A stretch of DNA of 64,000 bases from Pseudomonas aeruginosa PAO1 (GCF_000006765.1 NC_002516.2); one strand, 5' to 3'. Positions 19,563-29,344 are shown, counted from the first letter of the stretch. Notes: generated by a model not told the origin, from the letters alone. Made by a program: numbers and translations.

Positions 19563-20488
19563 GGTTCTTCTCCTTCGGCGAGGCGCCGGCCGAGGTCGGC
19601 GTCGCTGGCCAGGTCGATACCCAGGGAACGGGCTACCTGCCGATTGCCGAGCACCTTGAAATGCCCTGGATAGAGGCTGAGGGGCCAGTGCCTGGGCGCC
19701 TGGCCGAGCAGTTCGTCGAGGGTGTCCAGCCAGTCCTCCTGGTCGCTGTAGCTGCTCGCCAGGCTGCCGGCCTTGACGAAGGCTGCGGTGGGTCCGAGCA
19801 GCGCGCGGTTCTTGGCGTAGCTGCCGAGCAGCAGGCTCTTGATGCTCTGCGAGTTGTACAGCTGTTTGTCGTCGATGCCGAGCAGCAGGTCACTATTGCC
19901 GAGCAGGAACTGCAGCGGGCGCGGGTCGTCGTTGCCGCTGCTGCTGGCGACGAACAGCTCGAGCCCCTGGCTGCGGGCCTCGCGACGAAGCTCGTCGAGG
20001 AGGAATTCGCTGTCCTTGCCGTAGAGCACGCCGATGCGCTGGATGCCCGGCAGGATCAGGCGCGCCAGGCGGAGCTGGCGGGCCGCCGGCGGATCGCTCC
20101 AGAGTACGCAGAGCCCTCCGACGCCGTGTCCGCCATGCCCGTTGGCGCCTGGCAGCAGGCGCTGGCCATCGACCCGGTTGAGCAGCAGCGCCAGGGTCGG
20201 TGGCGCCCGGTGCTGGCGCAGGCGCCAGGCCAGGGCCTCGGGGCCGAGCAGGAGCAGGCGGGTGTCGTCGTTGAAGACCGTCCCCTCCGCCAGGGCCGCG
20301 GGCGTGCGCAGTTCCACCTGGTCCTGCGGCCGTCGCTGCGACAGGGCGTCGCGAAAGGCGTTCACCGCGGCCCCCTGGTTGGCGCTGACCAGGACCAGTT
20401 GCGCGGCCTCGCCGACATGCGCGAGACAGCAGACGACGAGCGCGAGCAGCGCCTGGAAAGCCCGACGGGCGGGGCGCAAGCGACGCAT
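19559..20488 (-). CDS. Periplasmic ABC_sub_bind-like binding protein without transporter partners
   Basis: Signal peptide; RIGVLYG...VKAGSLAS...NRQVARSLGI pattern; ATGA overlap with the kinase. Confidence 0.75.
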   Translation of the reverse strand: MRRLRPARRAFQALLALVVCCLAHVGEAAQLVLVSANQGAAVNAFRDALSQRRPQDQVELRTPAALAEGTVFNDDTRLLLLGPEALAWRLRQHRAPPTLALLLNRVDGQRLLPGANGHGGHGVGGLCVLWSDPPAARQLRLARLILPGIQRIGVLYGKDSEFLLDELRREARSQGLELFVASSSGNDDPRPLQFLLGNSDLLLGIDDKQLYNSQSIKSLLLGSYAKNRALLGPTAAFVKAGSLASSYSDQEDWLDTLDELLGQAPRHWPLSLYPGHFKVLGNRQVARSLGIDLASDADLGRRLAEGEEP

Positions 20489-22597
20489 CTAGAACGTCAC
20501 CTCGGCGCTGAAGTAGAGCAGGTGGCGGCTGTCGTAGCGGTTGTCGGGAAAAGTCAGCGGTTGGTCGTCGAGACGCTGTTGGAGCACGCCGGCCAATTCC
20601 AGGGCGGCCTTGCCCAGGGGAATGCGCTTGGCCAGGCGCAGGTCGACGCGTTCGAAACGATGTCCATTGAGCGAATCGTCGCCGTAATAGAAGAGGGCGC
20701 TGGACCAGCCTTGGCCCCAGTCGTGCATCCAGCCGGCCGAGCCGCCGTGGCGGGCGGTCAGGCGCCGGTCGTAGCGACTGGTGGCGTCGTAGTCGAGATA
20801 GGCGTAGGTGGCGCGCAGGCGGTCGCGCAGGCCCAGGCGCCAGTCGAGCTGGCCTTCCGCGCCGGAGAAGCGGATGCGATCGCCGTTGTCCGGGCTGAAG
20901 TCGACGACGCTGAGCGGATCGCTGATCAGTCCGGTGATTTCCTCGTGGAACAGGCGCACATCCATGGCCAGCCCGGTCTCGCGGAAAAAACCGTTGTAGC
21001 CGATCTCGCGCGAACGGGTGTGTTCCTTGCCCAGGTCGCCGGGGCCGTGGGCGCTGGCGAAGTAGTAGGCTTCGCTCTGCCCGTAGGGCGCCGGTGTCAG
21101 GTGGCGGACCCGGTAGCGCCAGTCGACGTCGTTTTCGTACATGCCCGGCGACCGCACCGCCTCCGAATAGACCGCGCGCAGACTGTGCTGGGGGTTGAAC
21201 AGGTAGTTCACCGCCAGCCGCGGGCTGAACGAGCTGCCGGAGCCCTCGACGTCTTCGAGCATCCCGCCGCCCTGCAGCAGCCAGTGTTCGCCGGCATGCC
21301 ACTCCAACTGGCTGAACAGCCGCCAGATCTGGCTGCTGACCCTGCCGCCGTAGAAGGTCTCGGAGTTTGCCTGGTCGTAGCGGTAGCTCAGGCCGTTCAG
21401 CAGGCGCAGGTTGTCGCCCAGGCTGAGGGTGTCCTGCATCTCCAGGTCGTAGCGGCTTTCCCGGATGTTGCGGTCGACCCGTCCGCAGACCGGGCGCAGT
21501 CCGCTGTTGCGTAGCTGGTCGAGGACCTGGGTCGCCAGTTGCAGCTCCTGGGGGCTGCCGGGCGGCAGCCGGGTAGGGTCGTCGGCGAACCTGCGCAGGT
21601 AGTCCGGGTTCAGTTCCCAGAGTTGCGCCAGTTGCGGGCTGAAGGCGATGCCCGCCTCGCAGGCGTTCCATTCCTGCCGGCGCTCCCAGTGCTGCGCGTA
21701 GCCTTGTATATAGAAGCTGTGGCGTGGGTCGAGGTCGACGTTCCAGCGCAGCGAACCGGCATAGTCGTGGGCGAGCGTATCGGAGTTGTCGACGTCGTCG
21801 GGAACCTGGGGAAACGGCGAGCGGTAGGCGTAGGGGTGCTGGTTCGAGCCTTCCTTGGCCGCCAGTTGCCACTCCAGGCTCTGGTTCGGCGCCAGGCTGT
21901 GGCTGGCGTTGAGGTTGAAGCGGCTGAGCCGGCGGCCGTCGCGCAGGGCGTGACCGTCGAGGTCGTGGTCGAAGCCGTCGTCTTCCTGGCCGGACAGCGA
22001 CAGGCGGAAGTCGCTGTCTTCCAGGGCGATGCTCTGGCTGGCGTACCAGTCGCGGATGCCGCGCTGGCCTGCGGTGTATTTCAGGCGCGTGCCGGGCGAC
22101 TCGCCGGGGGCCCGGGTGATGATGTTGATCACCCCCATCAATGCGTTGGCGCCGTAGCTGACGGTATTCGGACCGCGGAACACTTCGATCCGCTCGACAT
22201 CCTCGAGGGCCAGCGGCAGGTCGCTCCAGTCGACGCTGGCGAGGCCCGGGCGGTACACCGAGCGACCGTCGATCAGTACTTGCAGGCGCCGCGCCCCCGA
22301 CATGCTGGTGCCGTGGTAGTTGACCGTGGGCTGGTTGCCGGACAGGTAGCCGACCATCATGCCCGGGACCAGGCGCATCAGTTCGGGAATGTCGCGGGCG
22401 CCGCTGGCGACGATCAGCTCGCGGTCGAGCACGCTGATGCTGCCGGGAACTTCCGCCGGGGATTGTTTCAGGCGTGTCGCGGTCAATACTTCGGGAACGC
22501 CGCTGGGATCGTTGAACAGGTCGGCGGCCGCGAGCTTGCTGCCGAACAGCAGGGCCAGCAGGGTCAGGGAGACGGGAGCACGCGAAGCGATGGGCAC
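20489..22597 (-). CDS. TonB-dependent outer-membrane receptor, 702 aa (GTG start)
   Basis: Signal peptide; plug EVLTATRLKQ...IERIEVFRGPNTVSYGANALMGVINIITR; C-terminal Phe (SAEVTF). Confidence 0.9.
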   Translation of the reverse strand: MPIASRAPVSLTLLALLFGSKLAAADLFNDPSGVPEVLTATRLKQSPAEVPGSISVLDRELIVASGARDIPELMRLVPGMMVGYLSGNQPTVNYHGTSMSGARRLQVLIDGRSVYRPGLASVDWSDLPLALEDVERIEVFRGPNTVSYGANALMGVINIITRAPGESPGTRLKYTAGQRGIRDWYASQSIALEDSDFRLSLSGQEDDGFDHDLDGHALRDGRRLSRFNLNASHSLAPNQSLEWQLAAKEGSNQHPYAYRSPFPQVPDDVDNSDTLAHDYAGSLRWNVDLDPRHSFYIQGYAQHWERRQEWNACEAGIAFSPQLAQLWELNPDYLRRFADDPTRLPPGSPQELQLATQVLDQLRNSGLRPVCGRVDRNIRESRYDLEMQDTLSLGDNLRLLNGLSYRYDQANSETFYGGRVSSQIWRLFSQLEWHAGEHWLLQGGGMLEDVEGSGSSFSPRLAVNYLFNPQHSLRAVYSEAVRSPGMYENDVDWRYRVRHLTPAPYGQSEAYYFASAHGPGDLGKEHTRSREIGYNGFFRETGLAMDVRLFHEEITGLISDPLSVVDFSPDNGDRIRFSGAEGQLDWRLGLRDRLRATYAYLDYDATSRYDRRLTARHGGSAGWMHDWGQGWSSALFYYGDDSLNGHRFERVDLRLAKRIPLGKAALELAGVLQQRLDDQPLTFPDNRYDSRHLLYFSAEVTF

Positions 22598-22682
22598 GGA
22601 ACGACCTTGTTCTCGATAGGTATTGTCTGGCCCGGGCATGGTAAACGAGGCGCGGGCTTTTGCCAGCGCCGGCGTCAAGACT

Positions 22683-22709
22683 GGTCGGCCGGCTGGCCGA
22701 CCGTATAAT
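22683..22709 (+). promoter_or_regulatory. Likely sigma70 -10 box of the gpsA operon with adjacent inverted repeat
   Basis: TATAAT at 22704-22709, preceded by GGTCGGCC-GGCT-GGCCGACC; no clear -35. Confidence 0.5.
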
Positions 22710-22747
22710 GGCGTGATTGCCGCGTGGCGGCCAGAAATGGATGAATC

Positions 22748-23770
22748 ATGACAGAGCAGCAACCGATTGCCGTGCTCGGCGGCGGCAGTTTCGGCACCGC
22801 CATCGCCAACCTGCTGGCCGAGAACGGCCAGGCGGTCCGCCAGTGGATGCGCGACCCGGAACAGGCCGAGGCGATCCGCACACGACGCGAGAACCCGCGC
22901 TACCTGAAAGGGGTCAAGGTGCATCCCGGAGTCGACCCGGTCACCGACCTGGAGCGCACCCTGGCCGATTGCCAACTGATCTTCGTCGCCTTGCCCTCCA
23001 GCGCCCTGCGCAAGGTGCTGCAACCACACCAGGCGGCATTGACGGACAAGCTGCTGGTGAGCCTGACCAAGGGCATCGAGGCGCACACCTTCAAGCTGAT
23101 GAGTGAGATCCTCGAGGAAATCGCCCCGCAAGCCCGCATCGGGGTGATTTCCGGCCCGAACCTGGCGCGCGAGATCGCAGAGCACGAGCTGACCGCCACG
23201 GTGGTCGCCAGCGAGGACGACGAGCTGTGCGCCCGCGTCCAGGCGGCCCTGCACGGCCGCACCTTCCGCGTCTACGCCAGCCGCGACCGCTTCGGCGTGG
23301 AACTCGGCGGTGCGCTGAAGAACGTCTACGCGATCATGGCCGGCCTGGCCGCGGCGATGGACATGGGCGAGAACACCCGCAGCATGCTGATCACCCGCGC
23401 GCTGGCGGAAATGACCCGGTTCGCCGTCAAGCTCGGTGCCAACCCGATGACCTTTCTCGGCCTCGCCGGCGTCGGCGACCTGATCGTCACCTGTTCCTCG
23501 CCGAAGAGCCGCAACTACCAGGTCGGCCACGCCCTCGGCGAGGGGCTCAGCCTGGAGGAGGCGGTATCGCGCATGGGCGAGACCGCGGAGGGTGTGAACA
23601 CTCTCAAGGTACTCAAGGAAAAGTCCGACGAGATGCAGGTGTACATGCCGCTGGTCGCCGGTCTCCATGCGATCCTCTTCGAAGGCCGCACCCTGGCGCA
23701 GGTCATCCAGTTGCTGATGCGCGGCGAGCCGAAGACCGACGTCGATTTCATTCCCACCACCGGCTTCTGA
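22748..23770 (+). CDS. gpsA: NAD(P)H-dependent glycerol-3-phosphate dehydrogenase
   Basis: [33 protein letters not shown] and SRN. Confidence 0.97.
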
Positions 23771-23783
23771 CGAGGAGACCGCC

Positions 23784-24125
23784 ATGTCCGCAGACCCGCA
23801 AGCACGCGAATCGATCGCCATCCGCATCCTCTGGATGCTGCTGTTCGTCCTGGTCTGGCAGGTCGCCGAACTGCTCCTCGGGGCGGTGGTGGTGATCCAG
23901 CTGGTCTACCGACTGATCTACGGCGCGCCGAACGGCAGCCTGATGGCTTTCGGCGATAGCCTCAGCCAGTACCTGGCGCAGATCGGCCGTTTCGGTACCT
24001 TCCACAGCGACGAGAAACCCTGGCCGTTCGCCGACTGGCCGACCGCCCGCGCCGCCGAGGGCGAGGCCGCCCACAGCGTGCCGCCCGCCGCGCACCCGGC
24101 GCGCGACGAAGAGCCGAAGTTGTGA
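23784..24125 (+). CDS. DUF4389-like small membrane protein
   Basis: Hydrophobic hairpin followed by FGDSLSQYLAQIGRFGTFHSDEKPWPF. Confidence 0.75.
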   Translation: MSADPQARESIAIRILWMLLFVLVWQVAELLLGAVVVIQLVYRLIYGAPNGSLMAFGDSLSQYLAQIGRFGTFHSDEKPWPFADWPTARAAEGEAAHSVPPAAHPARDEEPKL

Positions 24126-24586
24126 AGCTCTGGCTGTTGCGCCACGGCGAGGCCGAATCGCACGCCAGCCGGGACTCCGAGCGGCGCCTGACCGCCCATG
24201 GACGCAAGGAAGTGCTGCAGAGCGCCGCGCGGCTGGCCGGGTTGCCGCTGGACGGGATTCTCGCCAGCCCCTACGTGCGCGCCCAGCAGACCGCCGAGCT
24301 GGTGCGCGAGGCACTGGGCCTGGTCGAGCCGGTCGGCACCGCCCCCTGGTTGACCCCCGACGACGATCCGCGCGAGGTGCTCGGTTTCCTCGACGAGCGC
24401 AGCGAGCGCAATCTCCTGCTGGTCAGCCACCAGCCCCTGGTCGGAGCGCTGGGCGGTCTGCTGGTGCATGGCAACCGGCGTGATCCGTTGCCGATGAGCA
24501 CTGCCTCGCTGGCCGAGCTGGAAGGCGACTTCGCCGCCGCCGGGCTGATGACCCTGGTCTCGCTGTATCACCCGCGGCACGGCTAG
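24122..24586 (+). CDS. sixA: Phosphohistidine phosphatase SixA
   Basis: LLRHGEA, RRLTAHG, ILASPYVRAQQTA and LLVSHQP; GTGA overlap with the upstream gene. Confidence 0.9.
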   Translation: MKLWLLRHGEAESHASRDSERRLTAHGRKEVLQSAARLAGLPLDGILASPYVRAQQTAELVREALGLVEPVGTAPWLTPDDDPREVLGFLDERSERNLLLVSHQPLVGALGGLLVHGNRRDPLPMSTASLAELEGDFAAAGLMTLVSLYHPRHG

Positions 24587-24658
24587 GAAGCGCCTGGCGC
24601 AACGACTACAAACCGAAACATTTCCCGGCTTGCCTGCGGTTGGCTGTGATGGAATATT

Positions 24659-24700
24659 CGACCAAGCAAGTGCTTGGTCGATCTCCCAGAACAACAACAA
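24659..24700 (+). promoter_or_regulatory. Perfect 22-bp inverted repeat plus Hfq/Crc A-rich motif upstream of the acyl-CoA synthetase
   Basis: CGACCAAGCA-AG-TGCTTGGTCG (24659-24680); AACAACAACAA (24690-24700) immediately before the GGAGG RBS. Confidence 0.7.
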
Positions 24701-24712
24701 CGGAGGCGGTAC

Positions 24713-26380
24713 GTGGTCACTGCAAATCGTCTGCCGCTCGAAGTCTTCTTCGAGCGCGAAAAGCGTCATCCGCAACGGCGTTACCTGGTGCAGCCCATCG
24801 GTGGCGGCCGGGTCGAGGAGCTGAGCTGGGGCGAGGTGGGCGACCAGGCGCGGCGTGCAGCCGCCTGGTTGCGCACCCTGGATCTCCCCGCCGGCAGCCG
24901 TATCGCGATCATCTCGAAGAACTGTGCGCACTGGATCGTCACTGACCTGGCGATCTGGATGGCCGGGCACGTTTCCGTCCCCCTCTATCCCAATCTCACC
25001 GCCGAGTCGGCGCGCCAGGTGCTGGAGCATTCCGAGTCGGCGGTGGTCTTCGTCGGCAAGCTCGACGATTGGCCGGCGATGGCGCCCGGAGTCCCCGAGG
25101 GCATACCGACCGTGGCCATGCCGTTGCACCCGGAAGGGCGTTTCGACCGCCAGTGGAGCGACCTGCAGGCCTGCGCGCCGCTCGAAGGCGACACGCCGAC
25201 CGCCGCCGAGCAACTCGCCACCCTGATCTACACCTCTGGAACCACCGGCGTGCCCAAGGGGGTGATGCACAACTTCAGCAGTTTCGCCTTCGCCGCCAGC
25301 CGCGGCGTGGAACTGTTCGGCACTCGCGAAGACGACCGGATGCTCTCCTACCTGCCGCTGTGCCACGTGGCGGAGCGGATGTTCGTCGAGATGGGGTCGC
25401 TCTACGGGGGAACCACGGTGTTCTTCGCCGAAAGCCTGGACACCTTCGTCGAGGACATGAAGCGTGCGCGGCCGACCCTGCTGTTCGGCGTGCCGCGCAT
25501 CTGGACCAAGTTCCAGATGGGGGTGTATTCGAAGATGCCGGCGCAGAAGCTCGACCGCCTGCTGAAGCTGCCGATCCTCGGCCGCATCGTCGGTCGCAAG
25601 GTGCTCGCCGGGCTAGGCCTGGACGCGGTGCGCTACGCGCTCTGCGGCGCGGCGCCGGTACCCGAGGCGCTGCTGCTCTGGTATCGCCGCCTGGGCCTGG
25701 ACGTGCTCGAGGTCTACGGGATGACCGAGAACAGCGGCTACTCCCACGTCTGCCGGCCCGGCCGGCAGAAGACCGGCTGGATCGGCCAGAACAGCCCCGG
25801 CGTCGAGGTACGCATCAGCGACGAGGGCGAGGTGCAGGTGCGTAGCGGCGCGACCATGGTCGGCTACTACAAGGAGCCGGAGAAGACCGCCGAGGTGCTC
25901 ACCGCCGACGGTTTCCTGCGCACCGGCGACAAGGGCGAGCAGGACGCCGACGGCAACCTGCGCCTGACCGGGCGGATGAAGGAAATCTTCAAGACCAGCA
26001 AGGGCAAGTACGTGGCGCCGGCGCCGATCGAGAACCGCCTGGCGGTGCACGATCGCATCGAGCAGGTCTGCGTGGTCGGCGAGGGCCTCAGCGCGCCGCT
26101 GGGGCTCTGCGTGCTCTCCGAGGTCGGTCGCCGGGAGGCCCTCAACGGTACCCGCGGGGCGCTGGAAAGCAGCCTGCGGGCGCACCTGGAACAGGTCAAC
26201 GGTGCGCTCGACAAGCACGAGCGCCTGGTCGGCCTGGTTCTGGTGCAGGAAACCTGGGCGGTGGACAACGGTTTCCTCACGCCGACCTTGAAGATCAAGC
26301 GCAATATGGTGGAAGGTGCCTATGGCTCGCGCTTCCACGAATGGGTGGAACGCCGCGAGGCCGTGCTCTGGCACGAATGA
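24713..26380 (+). CDS. fadD4: Long-chain/terpenoid acyl-CoA synthetase (FadD4-type), 555 aa
   Basis: YTSGTTGVPKG, YGMTE, LRTGDKG and RMKEIFKTSKGKYVAP; GTG start with GGAGG RBS; position matches PA1617 as recalled. Confidence 0.88.
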   Translation: MVTANRLPLEVFFEREKRHPQRRYLVQPIGGGRVEELSWGEVGDQARRAAAWLRTLDLPAGSRIAIISKNCAHWIVTDLAIWMAGHVSVPLYPNLTAESARQVLEHSESAVVFVGKLDDWPAMAPGVPEGIPTVAMPLHPEGRFDRQWSDLQACAPLEGDTPTAAEQLATLIYTSGTTGVPKGVMHNFSSFAFAASRGVELFGTREDDRMLSYLPLCHVAERMFVEMGSLYGGTTVFFAESLDTFVEDMKRARPTLLFGVPRIWTKFQMGVYSKMPAQKLDRLLKLPILGRIVGRKVLAGLGLDAVRYALCGAAPVPEALLLWYRRLGLDVLEVYGMTENSGYSHVCRPGRQKTGWIGQNSPGVEVRISDEGEVQVRSGATMVGYYKEPEKTAEVLTADGFLRTGDKGEQDADGNLRLTGRMKEIFKTSKGKYVAPAPIENRLAVHDRIEQVCVVGEGLSAPLGLCVLSEVGRREALNGTRGALESSLRAHLEQVNGALDKHERLVGLVLVQETWAVDNGFLTPTLKIKRNMVEGAYGSRFHEWVERREAVLWHE

Positions 26381-26391
26381 CTCCCACCGAC

Positions 26392-26413
26392 GGGAAGCCC
26401 TTCCGGGCTTCCC
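26392..26413 (+). other. Intercistronic hairpin without U tract
   Basis: GGGAAGCCC-TTCC-GGGCTTCCC between fadD4 and the thioesterase. Confidence 0.6.
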
Positions 26414-26432
26414 CCTTGCGCAAGGAATTCCC

Positions 26433-26870
26433 ATGAGCCTCTGGCGACAAACGCCCGACCTGGAGCAACTGAACGCCTCGCAGAAGAACAGCATCGGCGA
26501 CCTGCTTGGCATCCGCTTCGAAGCCTTCGACGACGAGTCGCTGACCGCCAGCATGCCGGTCGACTCGCGTACCCACCAGCCGTTCGGCCTGCTGCACGGC
26601 GGCGCCTCGGTGGTCCTCGCGGAAAGCCTGGGCTCGATGGCCAGCTACCTGTGCGTCGACACCAGCCAGTACTACTGCGTCGGCCTGGAAGTGAACGCCA
26701 ACCACCTGCGCGGCCTGCGCAGCGGCCGGGTCACTGCGGTGGCCAGGGCGATCCACCTGGGGCGTACCACCCATGTCTGGGACATCCGCCTCAGTGGCGA
26801 CGACGGCAAGCCGAGCTGCATCGCCCGCCTGACCATGGCGGTGGTGCCGCTGGCGGGCAGGGCGGGCTGA
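26433..26870 (+). CDS. Hotdog-fold acyl-CoA thioesterase (MenI/EntH-like)
   Basis: HQPFGLLHGGASVVLAES and VGLEVNANHLR. Confidence 0.92.
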   Translation: MSLWRQTPDLEQLNASQKNSIGDLLGIRFEAFDDESLTASMPVDSRTHQPFGLLHGGASVVLAESLGSMASYLCVDTSQYYCVGLEVNANHLRGLRSGRVTAVARAIHLGRTTHVWDIRLSGDDGKPSCIARLTMAVVPLAGRAG

Positions 26871-26927
26871 GCGCGGTCCGCAATTTTGTCCAAGATCGTT
26901 CCGTCCCGCTGGCGGTAGAGTAGCGGG

Positions 26928-27752
26928 ATGGAGCAGATCACCCATCTCAGCAGCGGGATTCCCGGCATACGCCTGATCGACGCCGAGCACAACCGCTTTT
27001 CCTTTCCCCGGCACTTCCACCTGGAGTACCACATCGGCTTGCTGCTGCAGGGCCGGCATCGCTATGCCGCCGGCGGCGAACGGCGCCTGGCCGGGGCCGG
27101 CGACGCGTTGCTGATGGCGCCGGAAAGCATCCACGACGGCAGCAGCGCCGGCGAGGAGGGCTACCGTATCCGCGTCCTGGCGCTCGATGCCGACTGGCTG
27201 GAGCGCGCCAGCCGCGACTTCAGCGACGGCCGCCGGGGGGCGCCGCGCCTGACCAGCAGCCTGGTCCGCGACGAGCGTCTGCAGCAGCGCCTGCGTCAGT
27301 TGCACCTGGGCATGCTCGGCGGAGCGGCGGCGCTGGAGAACCGTCTGGCCCTGGAAGAGCACCTCTGGCAGGCGCTGGCCTGCCTGCTCAGCCTGGGCAG
27401 CAGCCTGCGCCTGGAGGAGGGCGACCGGGAAGGCTTCGGCCAGCGCGACTGGACGCGGCTGCGCGACTGGCTGGAGTCGCGCCTGGAGTACCCGCCGAAC
27501 CTGGAGGAACTGGCCGCCTTCTGCGGCCTGAGCCCCTGGCAGGTGCTGCGGCGCTTCCGCCGTCACTGCGGCCTGCCGCCCCACCAGTGGCTGACCCAAC
27601 TGCGCCTGGAGCGCGCCTTGCCGCTGGTACTGCGCGGCGAGCAGCCGTTGAGCCAGGTGGCCCAGCAGTTCGGTTTCTACGACCAGGCGCACTTCACCCG
27701 TCTGTTCCGTCGCACCTACGGGTTACCGCCGGCGCGCCTGCGCCAGCGCTGA
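26928..27752 (+). CDS. AraC-family regulator
   Basis: FPRHFHLEY cupin; LRRFRRHCGLPPHQW...GFYDQAHFTRLFRR. Confidence 0.92.
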   Translation: MEQITHLSSGIPGIRLIDAEHNRFSFPRHFHLEYHIGLLLQGRHRYAAGGERRLAGAGDALLMAPESIHDGSSAGEEGYRIRVLALDADWLERASRDFSDGRRGAPRLTSSLVRDERLQQRLRQLHLGMLGGAAALENRLALEEHLWQALACLLSLGSSLRLEEGDREGFGQRDWTRLRDWLESRLEYPPNLEELAAFCGLSPWQVLRRFRRHCGLPPHQWLTQLRLERALPLVLRGEQPLSQVAQQFGFYDQAHFTRLFRRTYGLPPARLRQR

Positions 27753-27792
27753 ATCGCGTTTTCCTTTCCGATCCCTTTTTCGTGGAGTAGCC

Positions 27793-28434
27793 ATGCAGGA
27801 ATTGTCTGTCTTGCTGACCCTGGCGGCGGTGTTCGCCGTCGCCCTGGTCAGCCCCGGTCCCGATGTCGCCCTGGTGGTGCGCACGTCCCTGCACCAGGGG
27901 CGGCGGGCCGGCCTGGCCAGCGCGCTGGGGCTGGCCTGCGGGATTCTCCTGCATACCACCCTGGTGCTGACCGGCGTGTCGCTGCTGCTCAGCCGTACGC
28001 CTGTGCTGTTCGCCATCCTGCAGGCGCTCGGCGCGCTGTACCTGGCCTGGCTCGGCGTCGGCGCGCTGCGTGCCTGGCTGCGGCGCGGCGACGGCCAGCC
28101 GGGCCGGCTCGACGGGGCGCTGCCGCCGTCGCCCCTGGGGCCCTGGCTGCGCGGGGTGGCGACCAATCTGTTCAATCCCAAGGCGCTGGTGTTCTTCATC
28201 GCCTTGCTCGGCAGCCTGATTCCCGCGCAGATGTCGCTCGGCGGCAAGCTGGCGGTGGCGGCGCTGCTGTTCGGCATGGGCGCCTGCTGGTTCGGCCTGC
28301 TCAGCCTGACCCTTACCCGCCCGGCCCTGCAGGCCCGCCTGTTGCGCGCGGTGCCCTGGCTGGACGCGGCCTGCGGGGTGGTGTTCCTGCTGGTGGCGGC
28401 GGCGATCCTCGAGCATCTCGTCCGCTCTGCCTGA
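27793..28434 (+). CDS. LysE/RhtB-family exporter
   Basis: VSPGPDVALV and TNLFNPKALVFF. Confidence 0.92.
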   Translation: MQELSVLLTLAAVFAVALVSPGPDVALVVRTSLHQGRRAGLASALGLACGILLHTTLVLTGVSLLLSRTPVLFAILQALGALYLAWLGVGALRAWLRRGDGQPGRLDGALPPSPLGPWLRGVATNLFNPKALVFFIALLGSLIPAQMSLGGKLAVAALLFGMGACWFGLLSLTLTRPALQARLLRAVPWLDAACGVVFLLVAAAILEHLVRSA

Positions 28435-28535
28435 GGTTTTGGCCGCTTCGCCGTGCAAGGCAGCCGGCAAAGCCATTGCCGCCTCGGCGAGGCTGCCGGA
28501 GAATCCCTGGCATCAGCCCTGTCGAGACGTCGCGC

Positions 28536-29344
28536 ATGTCGCAATCGGTTTTCTTCGCCCACGCCAACGGCTTCCCGTCGGCTACCTACGCCAAGCTGTT
28601 CGAGGCGTTGGCGCCGGAGTACCGGGTGGATCACCTGGAAATGCACGGGCACGACCCGCGTTTCCCGGTGAACGACAACTGGGACAACCTGGTGGACGAA
28701 CTGCTGCACCACCTCGCCAGCCTGGAACAGCCGGTCTGGGGCGTCGGCCATTCCCTCGGCGGCGTGCTGCACTACCACGCGGCGCTGCGCCGGCCGGAAC
28801 TCTACCGCGGCGTGGTGATGCTCGATTCGCCGGTGCTGACCCTCGCCGACCGCCTGGTGATCCGTGCCGCCAAGCGCTTCGGCTTCATCGACCGGATCAC
28901 TCCGGCCGGGCGCACCCTGGGGCGTCGCGAGGCGTTCCCCGACCTGGAGGAGGCGCGGGCCTACTTCTCCGGCAAGGCGCTGTTCCGCCGTTTCGACCCC
29001 GACTGCCTGGAGGCCTACGTACGCCACGGGCTGGCCGACAGCGGCGGCGGTTCCGGCCTGCGCCTGCGCTTCGATCCGGCCACCGAGATCAGCATCTACC
29101 GCAGCGTGCCGCACAGCAGTCCGGGGCGTGCGCGGCAGTTGCAGGTGCCGCTGGCGATGGTGCGCGGGCGGCACAGCAAGGTGGTGTTGCCGCACCACAC
29201 CCGGCTGATCCGGGCGATGCCGCGCGGCGAGTTCATGTCGCTGCCCGGCGGCCACATGTTCCCGCTGGAGCGCCCGCGGGAAACCGCCGAACTGCTGAAA
29301 GGCGTGTTCGATCGCTGGTCGCGGGCGACCGAGGAGCGTTCGGC

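Noticed and set aside
20489-23827. 1112-aa ORF in the track
   Set aside because: Only 20489-22597 is a TBDR with its own signal peptide and RBS; the upstream part is antisense to gpsA and is a stop-free high-GC shadow.
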